From: Lama guanicoe
Taxonomy: Eukaryota
Direction of reading: 5' to 3'
Assembly (NCBI GenBank): GCA_013239625.1
Contig: MU053557.1
Coordinates: 2,076,123-2,140,122 of the forward strand
Length of the DNA stretch: 64,000 bases
Shown in pieces: positions 53,743 through 64,000 of the stretch. Position numbers and translations under genes: made by a program. The notes beneath the pieces are model-generated. The model was not told the origin of the DNA and searched no databases. It saw nothing but the letters and a program-made list of their open reading frames with translations. Each line of letters begins with the position of its first letter. The stretch's first letter is position 1.

Positions 53743-55182
53743 CCCTTAAAGATTTCAAATTGGTCCTGAAGAAACTACTTCTATATATATCTTACCCCCC
53801 TACTTCCGTGTGAACCGCTGGAGGTTAGGGGGCACTTGCTGCTTCTCCCTGTATCCCCAGAACCCAGTGCCCTCCTTGAAACCTGGTGGGTGCATATTTG
53901 TTGAATTGGACTAAACTGAATTCACCTATCTCTTCCATCATATTTGAGTCCTCCTCAAATGTAGCTGTAAGTTATATGATCTTAACTGTGTTTCACTCTC
54001 TAGTAAAGGCATAACTCTCAGGTGTGAACTGATTACATAAAAACATAGTTTTTGAGAGCAGTCTTAAATCTCCTTGGTCCCCTCCACACCGCCCAAGGCA
54101 TTTACCTCTCAGTGTGGTCCCTACAAATTGAGGACTTTGATTATTGTACTAAGAGCTTCCAATGATTTTAGTAAAGGAATTTCTTAGAGCCGAGCCCCTA
54201 GATTAGATTTTCCTCTGAAATCCCTTATAGCTTGGAGGCCTGGAATAGAATTTTCTGTTTCTGTCTCAGCATTATGTGTGTAACACCTCTTATTATGGTG
54301 AGGAAGCCTGTCCTGTATCTATTCCAAATCAAATAACTAAGAGGATACCTTTGCCTTGGCGGGGGAGAAAAATGTTGTTTTTTTGTGTGTTTACCTAATT
54401 TTGAACTCAAGAACTATATTAGTTTCTTTCCTTAATACTCTGATTCCTTGGTGATTTTTAAACATTAAAATGTTTGAAATGACATGCACTGGCTAAAACA
54501 TTTCAGTTCAGGATCATAGCAAACATGTCAAAAACGAAATAAGTATAGCTACCCTTCACTCAGCACCTGCTATGTGCTGGGCACTTAGTAGTTCCTTTAA
54601 GAACTGAATAATTATTCAGGGGCTGCTACAGGTATCAAAATAAAGTAGCTATTGCAGCTTCCTGCATAGCTTTTAGCTCTGTATGTAACCCCAGAGAGGC
54701 AGAATCTTTTCTTACCAGTAATAGGAATGAGTTTGGAAGTAGTGGGTGAAGCTGATGGTCACAGCATCTAAGCCAGAGCAGCTATCCATTTGCTATCAAA
54801 TTCAGCAAGTTCTTCATTTATTGGAAAGAGATCAGAGCTTAGATTCAGGTACACTTAAGTTCAAATGTGCCTCAGCTGCTTTCTAGTTGTTTGACCTTGG
54901 AAAACACAACTTGTCCCAGCCCTGAACTCTGGTCTCCTCTCCCATAAAATTGGATTTAAAATATCCTACCTCCACAGTTGCCCTGAGGATTCAACAAGAT
55001 CATGTACGTGGCGTATAGTAGGCATGCATTTGATGGCAAGTACCGTTTTATTTAGCTTAAGGGCCTTGCACATAGCCTAGGGTACTCTGCACACTTCTCT
55101 AAGAAACAAAGAATGGAACAAGAAGACCTGGGACAGTTTCTCACTTGTCATATGTGCTACCCAAATATCTTAAAATTCAATT

Positions 55183-55295
55183 TGGGTGACCAATCATCCC
55201 AATTTGCCCTGGACTAAGGGTTTTCCCAGGATGGAAAACTTTTCAGTGCTAAAATTAGGACAGTCCCAGCCAAACCAAGGGGGTTGGTCACTATA
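55183..55295. mobile_element. MER81-like hAT-Blackjack MITE in PLAC8L1 intron 1
   Basis: Terminal inverted ends gggtgaccaa...ttggtcact and internal ttttcagtgctaaaa. Confidence 0.75.
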
Positions 55296-55934
55296 AAAGA
55301 CAGAAGCAGAGAGGCTTCCACTGGTGGGAGGCAGGAGGCTATCTCCAGTCATTCCAGTTACTGCCTCGCACGGAGCGACAGTGTCAGGAGAGGGATGAGA
55401 TACAGTCCTCCTCCTTCTCAGCCTCACTCTGCCTTCCCCCTCTTTCGGTAGCTCAGCACATTTCCCACCGCGTGTCCCCACACACCTGGTGCTTCGGCTG
55501 GGGTGTTTCATGTTGCTCTCTTCCTTAATGAAACTTGAAGTACTAGGAGTTTGCTCTGCCTTCCACTGAGGCCTCCTTAGTTATTTCAAACTCTTAACTG
55601 AAGCCAAAACCCTTGAGCTTTGATTTCAAAAGGGTGGAAATTACTGGCAGCCACCAGCAATAAAGTTTCACTTGGTCAGGGCTCAACATTTTAAGTTAAA
55701 ATAAAGAGACACCCTTCCACCCAAGGCAGCTCTTCTCTTTCCACCAGCCAAGTGAGGCCAGAAGGAACTAATCAGTTGCCCCCTTTTCAAGTGCACATGG
55801 GAAATGATAGCAGCTACTTTCTTTCCGAGCCCAGTTTTCTTTTTCCTGGCTCCTCATAAGAAGACATTGATTTGATATTCCAACCAAAGAGCAAAAGCTG
55901 GTGAGGGGTGGGGGGGAATCACCCTACTCCCTAC

Positions 55935-56059
55935 CTCAAGTTGGAGATAAAATGTTGTTCATCTTCAGGTGGTATGAGCGAAAGCAACAGAGGTGAGTGT
56001 ACGTTGAGAAAGGAAACATCCTCAGGAAACTTAGAGAAGTAATTCCCAAACCAACTCAT
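55935..56059 (-). CDS. PLAC8L1: PLAC8L1 coding exon 1 (MSWFGNYFSKFPEDVSFLNVHSPLLLSLIPPEDEQHFISNL-R)
   Basis: ATG at 56059-56057, donor AG|gtaggg; 125 nt; resembles the human PLAC8L1 N-terminus (MNWFGSNF...HFISNLR) as I recall it. Confidence 0.88.
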
Positions 56060-57663
56060 AGTAACAGGTGTTTTCTGGTCACATGGGATATCCTTTTCCC
56101 TTTGACAACAAGTTGACTGCTTCTAAACTTAGGTTCAGTCCAAAGTGAAACATCTAAAGAATGTTGCCTTGATATTCCGGAACCTGAGGTCACAGTGTAA
56201 CTGACAGACACCTTATACACCTAACTGTGGGCCTGTCCCTCTTACTAATTTGAAGGGAGATATTGCTGAATATATAGTGTAAATTGAATAAAAAGAAAAC
56301 TTATCTTTGGTGGAAAAATCCTTTTGCTTTAAGAGCGAACTCTAGCAAACATTTACCTAGCTAAGTGTCACCTGACTTCTCCTTAGGAGACTCAAAAGGC
56401 TACAGATTCTACCTTGCCAGGTAGCTGAGGAGCAGTAGGGGCCTCTCCTCATCCCCGGGGCCGCTAGTCCAATTCAGCAAGATCACATGAGTCCCACAAA
56501 TAACCTGAAAGCAGAGACAGAAAATAAGGTCTTTCAGCCAATATCGTGCTTGAAACCACCTAATGAAAGACAGCTTCCTAAAAGTCTGAGCTATGCTAGG
56601 TTGTCAAACCTCTAAGGCTTCTTAGAACTTTTAGAAATCACCTACTCTTCCATGGACCTCACTGATCACGGCAGGAAAGCGGTGCTGCTGCTTTCCTACA
56701 GCCCAGATAAACCCAGTGAACAAAGCAGGGCCTGGCTGGTGACCGCCTCCCTACTGCTCCCTATCTTCAGGGTCTTAGGAGCCTCTGAAGTAGCCTCCAG
56801 AGCATGCCTCAGGGGGGTGTGGACAACAGAGACACTGGGGAAATGTCCCTACAGGAAAAAAATTAAGAGAAAATCACACGTTTGAGAGGACGGGTCTGCA
56901 ATCATAATTCAGTGCTACATCAGAAAGACAACAGGAGGAAAACTGCCAACTATACTATATATTCTCATCAGACCCATGGAGAATGATTGTTTAGGGTTCT
57001 GCACTTCAAAGCATTTACTTGAACAGGGCTATTAGCAAAAGCCTATATAATACCTCCCAAATCAAGATCCTTCAGATATAGCTTCATAATTGCCCTCTCT
57101 CACTAGGTTCTGGGCAACTCTCATTGTCTTCTTAACCGTAAGGATGCCTCCTGCGTGAAGGACAGCCATGTTTCTTCTGCTTACCACTCTATTCCAAGTG
57201 CTTAACACGGTGCTTGGAACACAGTAAGCACTCAGTAATTTGTGGACTAAATGTGCTACACAGGAAATTCAAGTTTATAAGAATATCTTAAATTAAGAAG
57301 TGATGACTAGCTTTGCAAAAAAAGATTTACAATAAAATTCCCATGACAAATGAGCAACCATTGCACATGTAAGCCAATTTCATATTATAAAATGTCATTT
57401 GTCTCATCTTTTCGAATCAAACATTTATTGTATGAAGCAACCAAGCCAAATGCCACACAGCTCTTTCACTTAAGAAGAAAATAAATGAAAAGAGAAAGAA
57501 AGAGGAATGACAACTATTTGCGGAAAAGAAATAATTGAAAACAAGTCCCCTAAGACAAAGTTCCCAAGTTTATGATTAGCCTCTCTGTCCCAAACTTTAT
57601 TCCCTTTCTTGTCCCACCCCTGTTCTCCTCAAAATTGAGGAGTATCAAAGAAAAGGGGAGAAA

Positions 57664-58278
57664 TGAAACTGAGCAGGACCCTGCAGGGCCTCCCCAGATA
57701 TGGAAGCCCCCTCCATGTCCCTCGTTTCTTGCTTATAGAAAAAGACTTTAGTCTCTTAGGCCTTTCCTGAGTTCCAAAGAGCAGACTCAGGCAGTTACTA
57801 GTTAGGGAAGTGAGGGAGTACGAAAACAAAGGAGAAGCAAATAGCTCAGTAATAAAACAGGATCCTAGCTCCTCTTCAAACGATATAAATAACAATCTGA
57901 TGTGTATCTTTGAATTATTTTGTAGAAACTAAGACCGTCCCCCCAACCAGGTGAACCCATGTAGTCACAACCATGTAGACCCCAGACTGGTTGGAACCAG
58001 AAAGTTTATGATTAAGGCTCTGAAACATTACCCTGTTACCTCACCAACAGCCAATCAGAAGAAAGTTCATGAGCTGCAACTCTTACCTCAGATGTTGCCT
58101 TTAAAATCCCTTCCCTGAAAGCAATCAGGGAGTTTGAGTCTTTTGAGCATGATCTGCCCATTCTCCTTGCTTGGAGCCCTGCAAATGAATGCTGTACTTT
58201 CCTTCATCACAATCCAGTGTCAGTAGATTGACTTTGCTACACAGTAGGCAAGCAAACCCAGGTTTGGTTCAGTCAACA
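57664..58278 (+). mobile_element. ERV1 LTR (MER41-like artiodactyl family) preceded by a polypurine tract
   Basis: TG...CA ends, CCAAT (agccaatcag), TATA-like ctttaaaa, degenerate poly(A) signal, and gaaaaggggagaaa immediately 5'. Confidence 0.8.
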
Positions 58279-58539
58279 ATTTTGCCATTAGAATATCACC
58301 AGTTTGCACAGCCCCCAGCATAATTTATTCAGTAAAGGATCAGGTAAAAAATTGGGAACAGGACACACCCAAGGTGCCAAAACATCACTCTACAGATTTC
58401 TAATTACAAAAGAAATAATGGATCTTAACTCTGGAGAGTTCTAGAAATATTCAAAATGTATTTTTACAATAGAAAGTTCTAAAAGTGTTCTTTTAGAAAA
58501 AAAAGTATCTTTAAAACAAAAACTCTCAAAGTGACTTTA

Positions 58540-58742
58540 AAATATATATCTCTATAATACCATTTCAGCATGTAATCAATATAAAATAAAATTATTGAGG
58601 TATTTTACGCTCTCTGTTACAGTAAGTCTCTGAAATCTGAAGTGTATTCTACACTTTTGTAGCACACCTCAATTCACTAGCCACGCTTCAAGGTCTCTAC
58701 AGACAAACGTGGTGAGAGGCTAAATTACTGGGCAGCACAGCT
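58540..58742. mobile_element. MER3/MER33-like hAT-Charlie element
   Basis: catttcagcatgtaatcaatataaaa...ctagccac...gggcagcacag. Confidence 0.65.
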
Positions 58743-60915
58743 CCAGGCCTAACTCCAATCTAAGGAAAACAAGGGATAGAACAAATTACCACCTACTCTT
58801 CCAAAGTGAAAACACAAGATTTCTTTGTCTTATTCCTTAAACTCTTACGAGCCAGGATCATGTTCTATCCTGTTTTTTGTTTTTCATGTGTGAGGTGTTT
58901 TTTTTCCCCTACCTTATAACCAATTAAGCTCTTAGGATGGCAGTGGGCAATCAGAAGACTTAATTGATGCTGTAAGTTTTGGGCAGCATCTGAGTATTCT
59001 CTAATACAGATGTGAAATTATGTCCAAAAATATTGAGAGAAAATAATTTAACAATGTATCATCAAACACTGAGAACCTACCAGAGCCAGGTACACAGCTA
59101 TCTAGTAAACAATCATTAGCATGACTAAATGAATGAATTTTTCAAGATAAAAACAGACATAACTACCACAAACTACAAAAGACATGAAGTAACACATCAT
59201 CTCATTCCCACCTCAAGAATCTGCAGTGACTCTGCAAGTAATTAAATCAACTTCAAATTTCTTCCTGGAATCCAAGAACCTTTATAAGGCGGCCCAATTT
59301 ACTTACCTGCTTCCAACTTCTCTCTTATTCTTCCAAGATAAACATTCCATTCCTGGCATCATCTCCCAAACAAGCCATGTGTTTGTTTTCACCTCCAGGC
59401 CCTTATCCACATCTAGTTCTGAAAGCTAGGAATGTGGCCCTGCTCTCCAAGCTGCTATTCCAGTCCTCACCATCCTTCATGTCCCACCTCATCTGTGAAG
59501 TCTATCTGACTCTGGTCCATAGAAAATTCTCCCTCCTCTAACCAAATAGCCCTGACAACATTGGCCTTAGCCAAATACATTCCTATTTCCCATGCATGCA
59601 TTCCTTGTTTAATAAGTGTGTTGTGATGGACTGGAGATATGGAGGCCAGGGCTCTAACTCAGCTCCATCACTAGTGTATAGGGTCTTGGACAGGTCACTT
59701 GCCATCTAGACCTGTGTCTTCATGTGGCCTCTTTGCTAGTCCTTCAGCGCACCAGCCACATGCCTCTCCTCAGAGCTTTTACACCTGCTGTACCCTCTGT
59801 CTAATATGCTTTTTTGCCTAGGTTATCAGCTAACAAAACTACATGTGCATTTTCTCTTGGACCTACAAGTCCACTTCTAGAAATTTAAGATAAACTTCCA
59901 GATATAAAACCACATATCCACAAAGTTACTCACTATATAATTCTATACAGATTCTATAAAATATCAAAAACTTAGAAACAACCTAAATGCCCATCCCCTG
60001 GAGAGTAGTTGAATGAATTATGGTACAGTGTAACAGAGAGAAGAGAGACAGGAGGGGAGGAGAGAAAAAAAAGGAGGAGGAGGAAGAAAGAAACAGATCT
60101 CTGGGAACTAAAATAAAAAATATAAATACATACTTATATATATTTATCAAAAAATAGTTAACTTTAAAAAGCAGGGTATAAAACAATTATATATAACCTC
60201 TACTTTTTACATGAGAAAAGAGATTAAAGTACATTTAATATTTGCTTATTTTTGGAAAAAGAAACAGGAAAGATAATCTAGAAACCAATGAAAACAATTA
60301 GCTACAGAGCGGGGGAATGTGGTGCAAGAGAGTAAAAATTCTCTGAATGGATATAGTTTTGACTTTTGAACCACGTATTTTACTTATTCAAAAAATAAAT
60401 AAAAAGGGAAAAAAGCAAACCTTAAAACTGAATAAAAAGAGAAACAAATGACTTTATATTAAAGCCACAAATGAAAAGAAATTCGTCCAAGTAACATTTG
60501 AACACAGTGATCTGACTATATTCCTTAGTGAGATACGTTTTCAGGACATAGAACTGCAAACATATTTTTTTTTCTCATAATATATACATATGTGTTTTAG
60601 AACTCTACTTAGTAAATCTGACACCAATAGTAGCCGATTATATATGAACAATGTATGAATCCGACAATCATTAAAACATGATGCAGTAGGAAATATCACC
60701 CATGTAGCAGTCTTGCCAACACTTGCTCAGATCGGCAATTCTGAAATTATTAACAGACCAAACGAGTAAATACACTGAGGTTTTTGGGAACCAGAGTTCT
60801 CACTGTGTGAGAAGAACTATACAAATATTTACAGGGAGAAGGCAAGAAAGAAGTTTGGTATTAGATAAAATTATAATTTAAAAAATATATAGAATATATA
60901 TCATATATAATTAAG

Positions 60916-60919
<4 letters not shown>

Positions 60920-60959
<40 letters not shown>
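60920..60959. repeat. (TA)n microsatellite, about 20 units
   Basis: Directly visible in the sequence. Confidence 0.95.
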
Positions 60960-60961
<2 letters not shown>

Positions 60962-62613
60962 ATATATATATCTTAGCTCTGCCCATTGGAAAGGTCTAAA
61001 GAAAAAAAATTACAACTTAGTAGTGATGAGTACACAAAACACCCAGATCTTGGTTTCTTAATACCATTCTCCATTAAAACAGAGCAGAGCTCCTTGGAGA
61101 AAAAAACTGATTGCTGTTCTGAGACAGGAAAATATAAGGTGAGCTGGGCTTGTTGTGCCAGTAAGCAAAGGAATGTTTCAAGACTGACGGGGAGATGTCA
61201 AAAGGACTGACTTGAATGGATCCAGCCTCACTGGATAACTCAGGAATATTTGAGCAGTCAAAGCATAATGATGGTTAACAGATCATAGCATATATAAAAA
61301 CTAGAATCCATTGGTCCACGGTGGTTTGAAAAGAATGATGAAACACAAAAATTGGAAGCAAAGGGGGAACCTCTTCTTTACAGAAGAATGATACCTAATA
61401 AACGTAGAAGAAATGGTAACATTAAGAACTCACCTTATTACAACTACCAGCATAGTAACTGGCAGAAAGATGATCCACGAATGCTACCATTTCCCGGAAG
61501 TTTGCTGGCAAAAAGTATATTTACATAAGTTTTAACATATCACCTTACAGCTACTTATTAATTACAAAAGGGAAAAGATTACTTTTCAATGGAGAAATCT
61601 GAAGATACTACTTTAACCAAGTCATCAAACTCAGTATCATCAGTAATGGGAACACACTGACAATATAGGAATCTGACCATCATGAAAACATGATGCAGTG
61701 GGAAATATCACCCATGTAGCAGTCTTGCAAAGACTTTTAAATCTGAATCAAACCATGAGAAAATACACAAATCTGGATTGTGAGGCAAACTACTAACAAC
61801 TGACATGGAGTCATCAAAAATGTAACTGTCATCAAAGACTGAAAAAGAAAGAGAAACAGTTCTAGTGTGAAGGAGATCAAGAAGACATGACCACAAAATG
61901 TAATGCTTAGTCTCTGAATAGATCCTGAAATAAAACATTATGATGAGATATTGGGGAAATATTATTACCTCATTTGTATTAGGAAAGCTTATTACCTAAT
62001 ATTATTGCTAAACTATAACATGCTTATAAAGTACATGCCCAATATTAAATTTCTTGGGCAAGATATACGTATATTGTGATTATACAGGAGAATGTCCTAG
62101 TTCTTAAGGGTTACATGCTAAACTATTTAAAGGGGAATTGTCATGGTATCTGCAACCTACTGTCAAATGGTTCAAAAAATTTTTAAAGTATATTCTAAAT
62201 GGAAGGTGGTATCCTGGATAGGGTCCTGTAACAGCAAAAACTGGTGAAATCCTAATGAAGCCTTTAGTTAATAGTAGCATATCAGTATTAATTACTTAGT
62301 TTTGACAACTGAACCAAGGTATATATAAAATGTTAACATTAGGAGAAACTGAGTGAAGGGTGTACAGGAACTCTCCATACAATTGATGTAACTTTTCTAT
62401 AAAGCTAAAACTATACCAAAATTAAAAGCTCATTTTTAAAAATATTAAAAGAGAGAAAAAGCAAATGGGGCAAAATGTTACCAATTGGTAAATCTCGGCG
62501 ACAGGTTTATGGATTTTTACTGGCCCATTATTTTAACTTTTCTGTAGGTTTAAAATTCGTCAAAATAAAGCGTGAAAATAAAATAAAACTATAGAAGGTT
62601 AAAAGTAAAAGGA

Positions 62614-62794
62614 CAGGGGGCAGGGTATAGCTCAAGTGGTAGAGCGCATGCTTAGCATGCACAAGGTCCTGGGTTCAATCCCCAGTACCTCCTCCAAAAA
62701 TAAATTAACCTAATTACCTCCCCCTCTGCCAAAATAAAATAATTAAATAATACAATAATAAATAAAATAAAATAAAAAATAAAATATTTTTTTA
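62614..62794 (+). mobile_element. tRNA-Ala-derived SINE (Vic-1-like), young-looking, with a 13-nt TSD
   Basis: gtatagctcaagtggtagagcgcatgcttagcatgc...ggttcaatcccc; (AAAAT)n tail; TSD aaaagtaaaagga at 62601-62613 and 62795-62807. Confidence 0.92.
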
Positions 62795-64000
62795 AAAAGT
62801 AAAAGGATAGAAAATGACAGTCTCTATGAACACTAACCAAAAGAAAACTAATGTTATTATACTAATGTTAGACAAAGTAGCCTTTAGGCAAAAAAAATTT
62901 CTAAAAATAAAGGAACACTTGCTAATTAATTAGAACAGTTCAATTTACAAGAAAGATACCAGAATCTAAATTTATATATATCTAGTAACATAGCATCAAA
63001 ATATATAAAACAAATCCTGATCTAGGAGGAGAAACAGGTAAATGCAAGGTCATGAGAGATTTTAGTACACCTCTCTAAAACAAAGAGTACACCAAGAAAA
63101 CAAAACAATAGGATACAGATTTGAACAATTCAATCTTCGACTATGACCCAGCGCACGTATATAGAACTCTACACCTCCAAAATAAACATTCTTTTCAAGC
63201 TCACATGGAACATGTATGAAGAATGTTCATACACTTGGCCATACGCTTGTCTTTATAGGAGGAGACATAAGGCAGGCTTCTGAGGTGCTGGGATGGTGCT
63301 ATTTCTTGACGGGGTGGTGATCACACAGGTTTTTGCTTTGTTGATAAATGCTGTTTTGTTGTTCATTGTTTGTGTGTATTTCATATATTTTGTTGTGTAT
63401 GTTATGTATTTCTTATTGTTTTTCACTTTTTGTCTATGTGTATGTATTTTACAACTTTGTTTATGTATGTATATTTTACAACTTAAAAAGAGTTGAGATT
63501 CTTTAGGAAGGTACCAACCTCCTATAATACAACAAGCCCAAGACAGCTTGTTTTTCCTTCAGCATTTTAACTAACTGCTGTTTTTCCAGTTGTGCACCAG
63601 ATGAGATAATGGGCTTATGCTCAGAGGCATCCTTATACGAAATCTGTATCTTTAAACACAAAAAATATATTCAGCCCAGCAAGACATTTATTCTAAGAGA
63701 GACGCACAGGAACTGAGACTGAGGGAACAGAGAATCCATGAATTCCGACTTACACTTAATCCAAGAAAGCAGAGGTTCATAGGCTCATCATTTAATAAAA
63801 TAGATACTCACAATATTAAAATTATTTTCCTGTCTCCTTTTTTTTTCTTTTTTGCCAAACACATTTCATTTAATTTGCCTAAGTTAAACATAGTAGGCTT
63901 TGTTCAGGTAACAGGAAGGATTCCTTTGATTTAGAGAATAACTAAGGCTATGCAGACTGAGGGAGCAGAAAAGGAATCTAAAGGAGGGCAAACAATGAAA

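Larger units (their letters stand above)
59820..63490 (+). mobile_element. Cluster of old L1 fragments (L1MC/L1ME-type 3' regions and an ORF2 endonuclease-like remnant at about 62.8-63.2 kb)
   Basis: A-rich L1-like motifs (aaacaacctaaatgccca, gagaatgtcctagttctta, cattcttttcaagctcacatggaaca). Confidence 0.75.

Noticed and set aside
62614..62692. tRNA-Ala(AGC)-like gene, and similar heads at 14650, 30601, 33000, 38009 and 43680
   Set aside because: They have A-rich tails, several have target-site duplications, and they recur as a dispersed family, so they are tRNA-derived SINEs rather than tRNA genes.

Overview
Mammalian genomic DNA, very likely camelid (several Vic-1-like tRNA-Ala-derived SINEs). 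Two convergent protein-coding genes can be reconstructed. On the + strand are the last five coding exons of SH3RF2 (POSH3/PPP1R39/HEPP1), 6575-21007, covering the third SH3 domain and the KTVRF PP1-docking motif. On the - strand is the complete four-exon, 179-aa CDS of PLAC8L1, 56059 to 39743. The rest is intron or intergenic DNA rich in old L1, L2, MIR, MLT1 and hAT elements, plus one ERV1/MER41-like LTR and a 271-N assembly gap. I see no prokaryotic-type system or wholly new gene. The most interesting structure is regulatory and is inferred: a GC-box/CRE/TATA-like cluster overlapping an SH3RF2 3' splice site upstream of a strong-Kozak ATG (186-aa PP1-binding short isoform); splice donors just after the stop codons of both genes, with a candidate distal SH3RF2 3'UTR exon at about 34.5-37.4 kb; a Tyr-to-His change in the SH3 PxNY motif; and several retrotransposition oddities. 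Repeat boundaries and family names were assigned by eye and are approximate.
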